A stretch of 64,000 nt of DNA from Octopus sinensis (GCF_006345805.1 NC_043000.1:154938001-155002000), one strand, 5' to 3'; shown: positions 29,066-43,089, numbered from the stretch's first letter. Translations and numbers: made by a program. The notes: a model not told the origin generated them from the letters alone.

Positions 29066-29321
29066 TACTACTATTATTATTATTATTGAAAATGGTGACG
29101 TCTAGAATTTTATTTTGAATTTGAGCTCCCGATTATACGAAGATACGTATCTAATGAAGCAAAACACGTGCAGACAAGAACAAACAATTACTGCGTGATA
29201 TTACTTATTTACTTTAAGTATAGTGACTATCTTTTATAAATGTTTCAAATTGAAGTGTGTTACGAAAATTTCCCAACATTAGCCTTGTCTTTCTAGCGGC
29301 AACAATTTTTGCTTCTCTTTA

Positions 29322-29700
29322 AGCACTCCGTCGGTTACGACGACGAGGGTTCCGGTTGATCCGAATCAACGGAACAGCCTGCTCGTGAAATTAACGTGTA
29401 AGTGGCTGAGCACTCCACAGACACGTGCACCCTTAACGTAGTTCTCAGTGATATTCAGCGTGACACAGAGAGTGACAAGGCCGACCCCTTGAAAAACAGG
29501 AAGTAAGAGTGAGAGAAAGTTGTGGTGAAAGAGTACAGCAGGGATCACCACCATCCCTGCCGGAGCCTCGTGGAAGTTTAGGTGTTTTCGCTCAATAAAC
29601 ACTCACAACGCCCGGTCTGGGAATCGAAACCGCGATCCTATGACCGCGATCCTATGACCGCGAGTCCGCTGCCCTAACCACTCGGCCATTGCGCCTCCAC
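29322..29700 (-). mobile_element. SINE head H1 + tail T2
   Basis: Head GTGGAGGCGCAATGGCCGAGTGGTTAGGGCAGCGGACTCGCGGTC; tail shared with 62370-62552; internal 15-bp duplication CCGCGATCCTATGA. Confidence 0.93.
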
Positions 29701-30108
29701 AGTGGCAGCAATACATATGTGTGAATACGAGTACATAATCCAATCCCGGATAAGAATTATTTGTAGAGATGATTTGTGATTCAGTAGATAAGGCATTTTG
29801 CTACTTTCCTAGATAGGTTCCGTGCTAAAGGCAATATCTAATTCTTAATTTCGAATTCATTTTGCTGTATATAGTTCAGAGCTGACTGAATCGTTACAAC
29901 GTCGGAGAGATGCCTAGCAGTATTTCTTCCAACTCATTACTTCTGAGGTCAACCTTTCCTGTCATCCTTTAGGATTTCATAAAATAAGCACTATCTGAAC
30001 ACTGGGTCGATGTAATAGACTTACACCTCCCGGTAAATTGGTGGACTCGTACCAAAATTTGAAACTATTATAAGCGATGAAAACATGGCGCAATTGTTAA
30101 GCGTTTTC

Positions 30109-30526
30109 TTACTCTTTTACTCTTTTACTTGTTTCAGTCATTTGACTGCGGCCATGCTGGAGCACCGCCTTTGGTCGAGCAAATCGACCCCGGGACTTAT
30201 TCTTTGTAAGCCCAGTACTTATTCTATCGGTCGCTTTTGCCGAACCGCTAAGTAACGGGGTCGTAAACACACCAGCATCGGTTGTCAAGCGATGTTGGGA
30301 GGACAAATACAGACACACAAACACACACACATACACACACACACATATACATATACATACATACGACGGGCTTCTTTCAGTTTCCGTCTAGCAAATCCAC
30401 TCACAAGGCTTTGGTCGGCCCGAGGCTATAGTAGAAGACACTTGCCCAAGGTGCCACACAGTGGGACTGAACCCGGAACCATGTGGTTGGTAAACAAGCT
30501 ACTTACCACACAACCACTCCTGCGCC
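30109..30526 (-). mobile_element. Family A SINE, full length
   Basis: Reverse-complement match to 46945-47368. Confidence 0.95.
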
Positions 30527-30732
30527 TCTTAGTCTGAAATATTTATCGAATTCTCAGTCAGGGAGCACAAATTTGAGAATGGTGAGTTCCATTAGGCTAA
30601 CGTGCCTTGGTTGATAACACAACCCAATGATTTATGGAAGTCAGCTCTATTTGAGTAGAGTTATGACTACGTTTCGGCAGAGATTATCACGTCTTTTCCC
30701 AGCATAGCATATTTAGGTTCCATTATTTTTCA

Positions 30733-31132
30733 CTAGCAGTATCGCCCGGCGTTGCTCGGGTTTGTAAGGGAAATAACTATATAAGCATTTTTAGAGATGT
30801 AAAGTATAATAGCCATCCCAATATGGCTAACCACAAAGGGGGGGGGGGTGTTACTGTAGCTTTTTACGTTCTGAGATTTAATAATACATTTTTAGAGAGT
30901 TACTTCCCTTATATATGCCAAAAATGCATTAAAAACGGGAAAAATTGATGGTAAATTTGTTTTTAAATCGTAGACTCATCGTAGACGCGCGCTAATACCC
31001 AGAAAGGCTCGATATGAATCACGACTATAAAATACCCGGTTTTGGTTACACTGCACCGCAAAATGTGGGAGTAGCTAGGAATCTAAATCGTAGGAGACAG
31101 ACAGCACACAACCTCACTTTTATATATAACGA
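30733..31132 (-). mobile_element. Non-autonomous Helitron-like element
   Basis: Minus strand begins A|TC.TTATATATAAAAAGTGAGG...CTGTCTGTC and ends with the hairpin CCCGAGCAACGCCGGG followed by CTAG|T; no TSD. Confidence 0.85.
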
Positions 31133-31454
31133 TGTACCTTTTTAAAATATTCGTGTGTGATTTGAGGAGAGTCATCAGAAGCTTCTACGTGGCCCCAGGA
31201 TCTTCTGGAAAGAGTGGCTTCAAATCTCTCTCATATCACATCCAACAGTCTTATAAAAAGAGAAATACACATTGGTTAATATAGTTTTAGATATATTTTC
31301 TGAAAAAAAAAAAACTGGCTGGTCATGGCTAGAATGTCTGCGGGTCTTAGGTGTACTCGATTAGGAACTGACAAAACTAAGGACATAGTGGCTTCACCTA
31401 GAAATTTACATAGTAGCAGCGGTAGCAACAGCAGCATCTGTAGTAGTAGTACTC

Positions 31455-31499
<45 letters not shown>

Positions 31500-32199
31500 A
31501 ACGTTTCGAGTTTGACCTTCTTGACATCGCATATTTAGCACTACATTATTCAATATTGCCCTCCGTTGTCTTTACGTTCTGAGTTCAAATTCTGCCGAGG
31601 TCGACTTTGCCTTTCATACTTTCGGGGTCGAAAAATTAAGTACCAGTTGCGTACTGCGGTTGATCTAATCGACTGCCCCCACCCACCAAAAAAAAATTCG
31701 GGCCTTGTGCCTAGAGTAGAAAAGAATATTGCCTTCTGTTTTTTTTCAAGATGGCATTGTGTAAGTTGCGGAATATCTGTTTGCCATTTCTAGTAAGTCG
31801 AGGGAAACACATAGACAGTGTTTCTTTAGTTGTTTGTTGATGTTAGCAGCAATAGCTCAGCTACTAGTGGAGTTAGAATTAGTGATACTGGATGGTTGCT
31901 ATATATGACAAAATGGTTGTGAGGTACAGAATTAATTTTCATTGACACTGATGGAAACTAAGTATAATGACTATATGTGAAGATAAGAATAAAACAAAGG
32001 GAATGATCATTAACAAGGCTTGTTAGTGTTATGTAGCTTCGGGTAAGATCTGATGGGGTAGACCCATGATCAACGATATTCCAGCTGAGGCCATCCATGC
32101 CTAGAAAAGTTTTGAAGAATCATGTTATCAGTGCTCGTATGATGAAAGATAAAACCAGGTAAGGCGTATGATTGAAGAAGTTGTTTAGAGAGTCTATGT

Positions 32200-32492
32200 T
32201 TCTCGAGCAATGTCTGGCTCAAAAGGGCCGGTTTCCCAGTTTCCTTGGCGTATAGGTTCCCCACCTGGACGGGATGCCAGTCTGTCGCAGGTGAGCTGCA
32301 AGATGCAGGAGGAAAGAGTGAGAGAAAGTTGTGGAGAAAGAGTCAGCAGAAGTTCGCCATTACATTCTGCCGGAGCCGCGTGGAGCTTAGGTGTTTCGTT
32401 CATAAACACAAACATCGCCAGGTCTGAGATTCGAACCCGCGGTCCCTCGACCGCGAGTCCGCTGCTCTAACCACTAGGCCATGTGCCTCCAC
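32200..32492 (-). mobile_element. SINE H1+T1, full length
   Basis: TSD AGAGTCTATGT at 32189-32199 and 32497-32507; A and B boxes present. Confidence 0.94.
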
Positions 32493-33407
32493 TTACAGAG
32501 TCTATGTAAATCTGTTACTACTTCATGTGCATACATGTGGCTAGTATATGTAAATACATGTAGCAACCGCATGCCAATAATTGGCTCATGAAGATATAAA
32601 GCTGAAGTGTAAAGAAAAATAATAGTTTCATACAGAGTGAAGGTGATGAAACTTCATGATTGGAAACCTGTGAAGTTACGGCATTAATGTCTTTATTAAG
32701 GATAATAAAAAAATTACATCGTATGAGATTATTGCGTATTGTTCTCTAACACTCTCTGTAAAAATAGTTACGTATAGCATTCATGCGTTAGTCAAGAACT
32801 CTAAGTGACGTAAGTTAAGTGAAATCGTAAGAAACAGAAGTTTAGAAAATGTGGATGTCGTGAGTTTGTTGTTATAAAGCATCAGGGCAGGCCTCGTTTA
32901 TGAGAACACGGATTTGTTTTGCTTACCCCGTCTAAATCCCAAATCTATTTACTACAAACAATGTCTTGCAAACCACACATCCTCTACCCTTCTTTCCTAC
33001 ACGGTAAAATAAAAATAAAGTTAAAAAAAGAAAGATTATTTCGAAATGCTACGAATGCAATTCACTATGAAGTCAGCTTCAGTCCACATAGACATACTAA
33101 ATACATACTCAACGATGCAGGATCATAAAATGTATCAGTAGTACTACAGCACGATACTATGACACCTTTAAAAAAAACCTCTTTCTCTCTCATTCACACA
33201 AACATGCACACACACAGAGAGTCTCTCTCTGTCTCTCTCTCTCTCTCTTGACCGAGTTGTGCATGTTTACACATATATAGACCCAAACTCACACACACAC
33301 ACACACATACACTCTCTCTCTCTGTCTCTGTCCTCTTACATACAGACCCAAACTCGTACACACACACACACACACACACAAATAGCCGCAGCATCGACTA
33401 TCATACA

Positions 33408-33629
33408 TTTATTTCTTTACTACCCACAAGGGGCTAAAAACAGTGGGGACAAACAAGGACAGACAAACGGATTAAGTCCCCACTGCGTAACTGGTGCTTA
33501 ATTTGTCGACCCCGAAAGGATGAAAGGCAAAAATCGACGTCGGCGGAATTTGAACTCACAACGTAACGGCAGACGAAATACGGCTACGCATTTCGCCCGG
33601 CGTGCTAACGTTTCTGCCAGCTCGCCGCC
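33408..33629 (-). mobile_element. Family B SINE
   Basis: Close match to 24587-24818. Confidence 0.93.
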
Positions 33630-33665
33630 TGACTATCATACATATTGGCGGTGCATTACTCTTCA

Positions 33666-34053
33666 CTCTTTTACTTGTTTCAGTCATTTGACTGCGGCCA
33701 TGCTGGAGCACCGCCTTTTAATCGAGCAACTCGACCCCGGGACTTATTCTTTTGTAAGCCCAGTACTTATTCTATCGGTCTATTTTGCCGAACCGCTAAG
33801 TAATGGGGACATAACACACCAGCATCGGTTGTCAAGAAATGCTAGGGGACAAACACAGACACACAAACACACACACGCATATATATATATATACATATAT
33901 ACGACGGGCTTCTTTCAGTTTCCGTCTACCAAATCCACTCACAAGGCTTTGGTCGGCCCGAGGCTATAGAAGAAGACACTTGCCCAAGGTGCCACACAGT
34001 GGGACTGAACCCGGAACCATGTGGTTGGTAGACAAGCTACTTACCACACAGCC
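33666..34053 (-). mobile_element. Family A SINE
   Basis: Close match to 30109-30526. Confidence 0.95.
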
Positions 34054-34652
34054 AGACGCTTGGAATACATCTCTTCTGTGGCTGTTAATGAAACCAAACA
34101 GACCCGACAGTAAACTGAACACTGTATAATAAGTTTTCCAGAATACATCACACATAACACACAATCATGATGTCCAATCTGATCTAATATAAAACAAAAG
34201 TCGAGCAGATCGAAGAGGTAAAAACAGACTATTCTCGTACGTTAGATTGGTTACTCCAGTCATTAATTCAAGTACAGTTGACTGAGCCTACCCAACAATA
34301 GTAATTTACGATAATTATTTTAAAATACTATTTCTTGATATTTAGGCATTAAATTTAATTGAAGATCAATTACATGCCAGAGTCATCCTCAAGAATAGAA
34401 CGTACCAGTAATCAAGTATCCAGTAGCTTAGTAATACTGCAGTATCGAACATATCAAAGTTAATGACTTCTTAATTAGACACGGACGTTGAGGCAGTCAT
34501 TCTTACCATTAAGACAGTGTTGTTGTTACAGTGAAGGTATTTCTATCAGGAATCAAAACCTACTTTCAAGTCAACATTTTCCCAAGAGTTCTCGTTTTGA
34601 TCTGACACACTCCAATCGGCAAAGGAATGAAAAAGATTTCTTATCTCTCTTT

Positions 34653-35021
34653 TATTCTCTTTTACTTGTTTTTTCAGTCATTTGACTACGGCAATGCTGG
34701 AGCACCGTATTTAGTCGAGCAAATCGACCCCAGGACCTATTCTTTGTAAGCCTAGTACTTATTCTATCGGTGTCTTTTGCCGAACCGCTAATTACGGAGA
34801 CGTAAACACACCAGCATCGGTTGTCAAGCGATGTTGGGGGGACAAGCATATACACATATATACGACGGACTCCTTTTCAATTTCCGTCTACCAAATCCAC
34901 TCACAAGGTTATGGTCGTCCCGGGGCTATAGTAGAAGACACTTGGCCGAGGTGCCACGCAGTGGGACTGAAACCCGGAACTATGTGGTTGGTAAGCAAGC
35001 TACTTACCACACAGCCACTCC
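34653..35021 (-). mobile_element. Family A SINE
   Basis: Close match to 30109-30526 with a short internal microsatellite. Confidence 0.94.
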
Positions 35022-35360
35022 TAGAAAAATAAAACATGATATAGACCTCTTTCTCGCTCTCTCTCTCTCTCTCCATATATAATATATATATATATATATA
35101 TACTAATATCAAAACAATACTCTGTAAAAGTTTGATGCGTTTTTAATTCCGAGTTACAAAGATATACATGTAGAAAAGCATGTATAGAATCTTCTATCCT
35201 ATAATGAAACACGTTTAACATGTAATCAAAAATACAACAAATGCTATGTATACCTCATTTAAAATAAAACATGTATATACATACATTTGATAACTGTGAA
35301 CGTGCAAATGTATGTCATGAGAACACTGTATAGATTAGAATCCCTTCTGTATATATATAT

Positions 35361-35790
35361 AAATAAATGAAAGAATGGAGTTGAACGACGAATTAACAAA
35401 ATTCCTTTATTTTATTTTCGACATATGTTTCGAAGGCTGCATATTTCTAATTTCGAAGGAATAAGGGGTGCATTATGCCGCCTTCTCATCAGGAAAAGTA
35501 AGGAACTTATGTCAGCATCAAGATGCACAAAATTTTTTAGATGCACAAAAAATTAGGAATATGCAGCCTTCGAAACATATGTCGAAAATAAAATAAAGGA
35601 ATTTTGTTAATTCGTCGTTCAACTCCATTCTTTCATTTATTTGTATTAACACACAAATTTCCACACGATAGCACGTGATCTCTGCCCTAGGCATGTAGCT
35701 TCAACCGTGTTTTTTCTGACGTGAATTTGCTACCCAGGTATCGGTTAACCGAATTATCCATAATAAGATAATTCATTCAACTACTCAATT
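35361..35790. mobile_element. Penelope-like fragment with a 93-bp inverted repeat (35361-35453 / 35550-35642)
   Basis: Arms are reverse complements with one mismatch; (TA)n on both sides; contains a hammerhead. Confidence 0.8.
35415..35497 (-). ncRNA. Type I hammerhead ribozyme, canonical core
   Basis: TTTTC-CTGATGA-GAAGGCGGCATA-(30 nt)-TATGCAGCCTTC-GAAAC-ATAT-GTC-GAAAA. Stem I 5 bp, stem II 11/12 bp, palindromic CATATG stem III, GUC site (cut between 35420 and 35419). Confidence 0.85.
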
Positions 35791-35829
35791 ATTTATATAT
35801 GTATATATATACACACATACATACATACA

Positions 35830-36056
35830 CGAGAGCGGGTGCTGAAAAGTTCCTGACTTTAAGAATATCGCGAAAGGTCTCTAGCTGGAGGCCCAACGTT
35901 TTTTTACATGTTCTTTTACATGGCTTAGAAAAACTGAAGGACCGGTCCCATAAATGTGTGAACCTTAGAGGGGAATATGTTGAACAAGATCATGATTAAC
36001 TGATCCTCCTCTATTTTCTTTTACCCAAAGCCAGGAACTTTTAAGCTCCACCCTTA
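35830..36056 (+). mobile_element. mariner-derived MITE
   Basis: TIR GGTGCTGAAAAGTTCCTG / CAGGAACTTTT; internal GLEKLKDRSHKCVNLRGEYVE matches the mariner transposase C-terminus. Confidence 0.88.
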
Positions 36057-37211
36057 TATATATATATATATCATACATATAACTCTGAAACAACCGAGAA
36101 CCGTGAAAGTAGTCCAAAGGCCGTTTTGTAATAATTACGAGTAATCATTATAAAAGACTCAATTTTATTCAACGAAAACTACTTCTTTTAAAATTTCAGG
36201 GCCACAGATTTACCAGAATCAAGGATATAATAATAGAGTCTAACATTGGCAGAAAGCCACACGTTCTTCTATTTTTATTTTAGTTAGAGTAGGGTGGGGT
36301 AAATCAACTTTTGTAGTTTACAGATATTTTATTGACTCTCGAAGGGTGTACGCCTGTGGCGAGATTTGATCGCATAAATGGAATGAAGGGTCTGTGATTA
36401 TACTGTAAGGTATTTAACCCATTGATTTAACAATTCGTCTAACACACCACCTTACATTCTGAGAAATAATATCACAAGGCGCTCTTGATTTTGCCAAGAC
36501 CATTAGGAACGTAAGCAGATCAAATTATTACAAACAGAAGACCAAGCGAAACCTTTCAACAGATACGGATCATAGAGAAACTGTCACTTCTCTGCAACTA
36601 TAAACCGAATCCGGTTGAATATAAACATGCGTTCGGGAATATAAATGTGGTTGTCTATGTTTGTGACGGTAACTGAGATATAAATAAATAAATAGAAAGA
36701 TAGCAACTAGCGTAAGAATAGAGAGAAAGATGGTAAAACAAATATAAACAAAGAATAGACATCAAAATGGAGGACACATTGAAGGAAATTAGAAGCTTAT
36801 TAACAATGACATATTAAGCATTTAGTTTCTCTCCTAATACACGTAGATTCACAAATACAAACACACGCGCGTGGTTTTGAGCTAAAGGTAGAGCCTTTAC
36901 GTTTTCGCTCAACAATTTAGAAACAACATCCAGAATAACCCTCAAATAAAACTGTTGCGCCTTAAAATAAGGAAGGAGAAATTGAAGATTTATAGTCTCT
37001 GGCAGGCAAATAGCTAAAATTGTATCGGTTGAATTACATTTGGATCTGAATAAATTTGGCGCTCGTCCTCCTTCTTAACAACAACAACAACAGCAACAGC
37101 AACAACAACATCAACAACAACAACATGCGGCATGAGCTAAACGCTAAACTGAAGCTGAAAACCCGGTCTGGCATTAGTGCAATGTCTCACCTACATACAT
37201 ATATATATATA

Positions 37212-37443
37212 TTTCTTTATTTCCCACAAGGGGCTAAACACAGAGGGGACAAACAAGGACAGACAAAGGGATTAAGGTCGATTACATTGACCCCACTGCG
37301 TAACTGGTACTTTATTTACCGACCCCGAAAGGATGAAAGGCAAAGTCGACCTCGGCGGAATTTGAACTCTGAACGTAACGGCAGACGAAATACGGCTACG
37401 CATTTCGCCCGGCGTGCTAACGTTTCTGCCAGCTCGTTGCCTT
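37212..37443 (-). mobile_element. Family B SINE
   Basis: Close match to 33408-33629. Confidence 0.93.
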
Positions 37444-37689
37444 ACATACATATATACATATCAGTGTGAATAGAAGTGAATGTGTGTGTGTGCGCGTGTG
37501 TGTTTATGTGTGTGTATGTGTGTTTGTGTGTGTGTGTGTATGTGAGTGTGTAGGCATACATACTGGTATACACACATACAAGCTCACACATAATTGATGA
37601 AATAAACACCAAGAGATGCTTTGCTCCACGCAGAAACTACAGGAGCTACTTAATGATATTGCAAGCTTTCTGATAGTAACAAAAGCTAT

Positions 37690-37890
37690 CGCAATGTTGG
37701 AAACCCTTCTGTACGGATATTCGACACCAGCGTTTCGTCCCTTAGCCCGTACGCTTCTTCTGAACTGCAGACCCATCCATTTGGCAATTTCTGTAAGAAT
37801 CTCGTCACGCCTTCACTTGTATCATCCTACTCCAAATACTGTAGGACATCCGGCCAAAATACGATTCGGATGCGAAGAAGAGCACTTATG
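37690..37890 (-). mobile_element. Relic of an R2/NeSL/HERO-type non-LTR retrotransposon ORF (zinc-knuckle region)
   Basis: Minus strand reads RILAGCPTVFGVG*YK*RRDEILTEIAKW, resembling HILxGC...GRYTWRHDxVLxxIA. Confidence 0.6.
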
Positions 37891-37930
37891 AACAAAATTT
37901 AGTGAATTATAAATGGAAGACGATCTAATC

Positions 37931-38360
37931 CAGTGCTTCTCAACCATTTTTTTTTACCCATGGACCCCTTTTATCACTATTTTACTCAGATGGACCATCT
38001 TATTTTCTTGTGGCTCCTCCAGGTCTTCTAATATGAAGCTCTTAAACTACTACGTTTGTGACGTCGTCGGGTGGAAAAGAACCGATCTGCAGCCTTATAA
38101 TTCCAAGAAATCATTGATGGACTTTGTTGTTAGGGTTTGTAATGGAGGATATGTCAGAGGTCGATGTTTAAAAAATCTTATTATAATTTTACAATTATAT
38201 ATTATTAGTAATTGTATAAAGCAAGAAGTTAAAAAACCTTGTATATAGTGGAAGTATAACCAATTTATTGCAGATAAATTTTAACAACAGTATCTTATAT
38301 AACCCCAGGGGTTATATAGACACCAAAGGGTCATATGTGCTCTGGCTGAAAACCATCGAT
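37931..38360. mobile_element. hAT-like MITE containing a Tc1/mariner transposase C-terminal piece (~37995-38150)
   Basis: Starts CAGTGCTTCTCAACC. Insert reads SSRSSNMKLLNYYVCDVV...QPYNSKKSLMDFVVRV (cf. WPPSSPDLNPLDYYVWGVV...HPHNTKDSL). Confidence 0.65.
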
Positions 38361-38459
38361 TAACGTAATGTTATGCAGCATGCGCCAAATCTAAACTTTT
38401 TTTAACACTCTTTCAGACAAATCGATAAAATCAATATGGTATATTTCAATTTGACACCG

Positions 38460-39065
38460 TAAGTGCAAAGCCTTGTTGTGCTCATGGATCTATCCACTAA
38501 CCAAAGCGACTCGAAGATTGTAAAATTCTTGAACGTGGCTGGGCCCTTCTTGTTCAAAGTAGTGGATCAGCTGAAGACCTCTGATGAGCGGTGTCATCCG
38601 TTGTCAAGAGGAAAAAGTCTTATGAGCAATTAGACATTGTCAAAATGACCAAGTTCGTTTGATAAATCTAGAACATCGTCAACCTAAACTCTTAGCCTAA
38701 GAGATCGATGTGAGCCATGGCCAAGCAATCCACGGTGGCCCAGTTAATTAAACAGCTGTGTAGTGCACGAGGATATCAAGTACAATTCCTAATTGACGAG
38801 ATGAGTGCATTTTATGCACACCGAGGTACAGAAAGAGTGATCATATGTGATGCCAAACCTCTCGTGACCCTTCAGGTCTTCTAATGTGACGTTGTCGTGT
38901 TGCAGGTAATCGACCTACAGCCTCACAACCCCAAGGACTCGGTGGAGTCTGCTATTGTGGTTCGTAATGGATGTTAGAGGGGGAAGTCACTTGGTATCGA
39001 GATGAACTCATTACCATCACAGTCTCAAGGCTATAATTGGGTCTGAGGAAGTTTTGTTGAATAGC
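38460..39065 (+). mobile_element. Internally deleted Tc1/mariner (DD37D/maT-like) transposase relic
   Basis: SDSKIVKFLNVAGPFLFKVVDQLKTSD...VKRKK...VVHEDIKY...QPHNPKDSVESAIV...LKAIIGSE..FVE*, with frameshifts and stops. Confidence 0.7.
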
Positions 39066-39203
39066 CTCATATATCTATTTAAATCTTTGGGTCGTTTTCC
39101 TGAGATTATGTTTATATTTTTTGTCTGTTGGCATTCTTTTGCATTGTTTTCTTTCCAAATAGCGTATATATGACACACACACGCACATGCACACGCACAC
39201 ACA

Positions 39204-39256
<53 letters not shown>

Positions 39257-39940
39257 AGGGAACAAATGAAAGAAGGGCACACAATACATGTATTGGGAGT
39301 TATATGTATGGATATTCGCAGCGGTTGATTAGCATCACGCTTGAAATTCTGAGTATCAGCGAATTCGAATCAAATTGTTTTGACCTATATATATATATGT
39401 GTGTGTGTGTGTGCGTGTGTGGTGTGTGTGTGTGTGTGTGTGCGTGTTTGTGTGTGTGTGTGTGCGTGTGCGTGTGCATGTGTGTGTGTGTGAGTGTTTG
39501 TGTGTGTGACTGTCTGTGTATGTGTGTGTGTCTGTGTTCGTCTGTATGTATGTGTGTACATATGGTGCCAATACCTAGCTTGTGATTATGACCTAACGGA
39601 AAAGTACAAAATAACACCTAATATTACTTTGTGTGACATGTCAATGCTGTCGGCTTCACGAATCTATATAAGCCAAGAAACGACACCCCACACTAGCATC
39701 TATAGTTTTTGGAAGACTAAGAAATATAAACTGGAACACGATGTACTGTGCCCGAATTTCCCGAGTCACAGAGTACATCTCGGATAACTGGTCTTAAAAA
39801 CTGGAAAATACACGCAGAAAAATTAAAATGGCGAAGGTCTATACTAGAAGTTACCATTAGGGGACAGGCCCTGACGAGGTATTAAAAAGGATACGCTTAT
39901 AAATTGAATAGGTATACGTATATAATTGTACAGATGTAAG

Positions 39941-39982
<42 letters not shown>

Positions 39983-40067
39983 GCGTATAAAATATACTTG
40001 TATATGAATTTATAAATATATCTTTACGTATATATATATATATAAATATATCTTTACGTATATATAA

Positions 40068-40123
<56 letters not shown>

Positions 40124-40503
40124 GATATATATAGATATATATACATACATAGAGAAAGAGAGAGACAAAGAAAGACAGAGAGTGAGAAAGAGATAGATTC
40201 TTCGCAGTCATTGACAAGAGAAATAAAGACACACACGCACATGCATACACGCACATGCATACACGCACATGCATACACGCAAATAAAAAAAAAGGTCAAC
40301 GAACAAAAAAAAAATTGGAATGTGTGAAGGAAGTGAGGAATAAAGGGATGTATCAGTTATCTTGTATAATGAAACAACTGGAGAATATAGATTTAACGTA
40401 GAACGTCAATAAAATATACGAAGCAATTTTTGAAGAAAAAAATCTTGAGCGTGTTTGTGTGAGTCAATGCGTATGAACGTCTGTCTGTCTGTCTCTCTGT
40501 CTT

Positions 40504-40534
<31 letters not shown>

Positions 40535-40799
40535 GTATGTATGTATATATATATATCTGTGTGTCTGTCTATGTGTGTAAAGCTGTATTAGTATCTGTGT
40601 AGGTGTCGATGTCTGCTTCTTATTGTCGGCATGGGTTTTATTGAAATTAAGATGTTTCTTAACGGTTGCGTATAATTTTTTTTCATAGTATATGTATTTT
40701 TTGTGGTAGTTCGTTCACTTGTTATTGATTCCGGGGTGCAGTGCTACGGAAAGAAAGCGTTCACAAACATACAGTATTTACTGTCTGCCTTTCTGTGTC

Positions 40800-40800
40800 A

Positions 40801-40862
<62 letters not shown>

Positions 40863-41292
40863 TATATGTAAAAATTGGTGTGTTTATATATATTATATGT
40901 ATATATATATATGTGTGTGTGTATATATATATATATGTATATATATATGTGTGTATATAATATATATGTATATATATATGTGTGTGTTATATATATATGT
41001 ATCTATATATATATAGGTGTGGTGTATATAATTATATATGTATATATATAATTATATAATATATATATATGTATGTGTGTTATATATATATAATGTATTA
41101 TCTATATTATATATTATATCTATATATATATGTACATATGTATAATATATAATATATGTATATATATCTATATATATATAATATATAAATGTATGTGTGT
41201 ATATATATATATATGTATATATATATGTATATATATATATTGTATATATATATGTGTGTATATATATATATGTATATATATATGTGTGTGTG

Positions 41293-41323
<31 letters not shown>

Positions 41324-41545
41324 GTGTGTGTATATATATATATATGTATATATATATAATATATATATATATATATGTATGTGTGTATATATATATATAT
41401 GTAATATATATATATTATATATATATATTATATATAGTACATATGTATATATATATATAATGTATATATATATATATATAATAATATATTATGTATGTGT
41501 GTATATATATATATATGTATATATATAGTATATATTATATATATC
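40800..41545. repeat. ~750 bp degenerate (TA)n/(TG)n array
   Basis: Read directly; irregularity may partly reflect sequencing error. Confidence 0.95.
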
Positions 41546-42262
41546 AATGAACATTTATAGATAGGTATGTATTTATGTGGGTGTGTTCGTGTGTCTACAA
41601 AAATGCACCATATTACACACACACGCCCTCCCGCACGCACACAAGCACACGCACATACATACTTACCAATACATACTTACATGTACATATGGGATAATAC
41701 ATTTTTCATTTATATATCAATGCAATGTATAGATATGCGTATATGCACTCACACACAAACACACATATATACACATACACATGTTTGTGTTTGTGTGTGT
41801 ATATACATGTACACACATATATATACATATATGTGTATGTATGTATATGTGACTTAAAAACGAAGGGTTTCGTGCAAGACATTTCAAAACTACACATGTA
41901 GATAAAGTTAGGACCCAATACTGAAATACTGAAACAGTTTAGGGTTAAAGGGTGCACAGCGTTTGAATTCCTTGGGGGGAAAAAACAAGCAAAACGAAAC
42001 ATAGAGATCTACAAGGTGCAGAAGTGGATCTGTGCAAAGAACACTTGAGATATCAGATAATCTCCTAACACAGCAAGAGATGCAGATGCGGCTAAGAGTA
42101 GCTTTGTCCAACTTAGTATTTCCCTAACCAGTAGTGTAGGGCCGGGAAGCAAGTTGAAATACACATGTAATCACACAAATAGCGGTGCCCCAGAAAAGCC
42201 CCAGTCCCTGGGTAAAAGTACGTGTCTGTGAGTGTGTGTGTTTATGTATACATGTATATGTA

Positions 42263-42469
42263 CGAGAGAGTGCTGAAATGTTCCTGTCTTTGGATCAAAG
42301 AAAATACAGGAGGATCAGTTAATTATGATTTTATTCAACACATTCCTCTCTCAGATTCACACATTTATTGCAGTTTTTCTAAGCCCTGTTCAAAAACTCG
42401 GAAAGTTGGGCTTCTAGCCAGGTCTTTCGAGATACCCTTAAAGCCAGGAGCTTTTCACCACCCTCCTCG
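42263..42469 (-). mobile_element. mariner-derived MITE
   Basis: TA|CGAGAGAGTGCTGAAATGTTCCTG ... CAGGAGCTTTTCACCACCCTCCTCG|TA. Confidence 0.88.
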
Positions 42470-42623
42470 TATGTATGTATGTATGTAAGATTTACATAAA
42501 AGTAACAAGCTAGACGGTCCTTAAAGTGCGGGAGATTTTTGTAGTTGTCAGGTGTGAACTATTTGTGGTATTACTTACCTTTGGATAACAACGAAGCACA
42601 AAACTTTAAACAACGACAATAAC

Positions 42624-42691
<68 letters not shown>

Positions 42692-43089
42692 CAACTAGTA
42701 TAAATAATTGCAACGGTAATCCAGCGTAATGTTAATTAGAAGTAGGAATTATTATTATATGTGTATAATTGGTTTTGTCATTGTAGAAATTGGTTTATAA
42801 TTCGCTTATCAGTTCGAAACGATTTGATTGTTGTCGTTTTTGAGGTTATTTTATGTCAGTTACGATACCGGCTCGGTGTGTAAATGAAGAGGACATGAGG
42901 CCTGGTCAAGGAAACGACCACGGACGGAGACGGAGACGGCGGCGGCGGTGGCGGTGTCGACGGAGACTGCTCTTAAAGAGGAGAAATATTTGGTTTGTGA
43001 AGTAAACAACTAGCAACGGGTCATTTCACCTTCGTCACAGCTGACGCCACCACCGTCGCCACCGCCTGCCGCCCTTACCATTTACTGTC

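Noticed and set aside
38577-38615. CTGATGA followed by a small stem
   Set aside because: No GAAA box; lies within transposase-derived sequence.
39870-39897. CTGACGA-GGTATT...GATAC partial hammerhead
   Set aside because: No GAAA or cleavage triplet follows.
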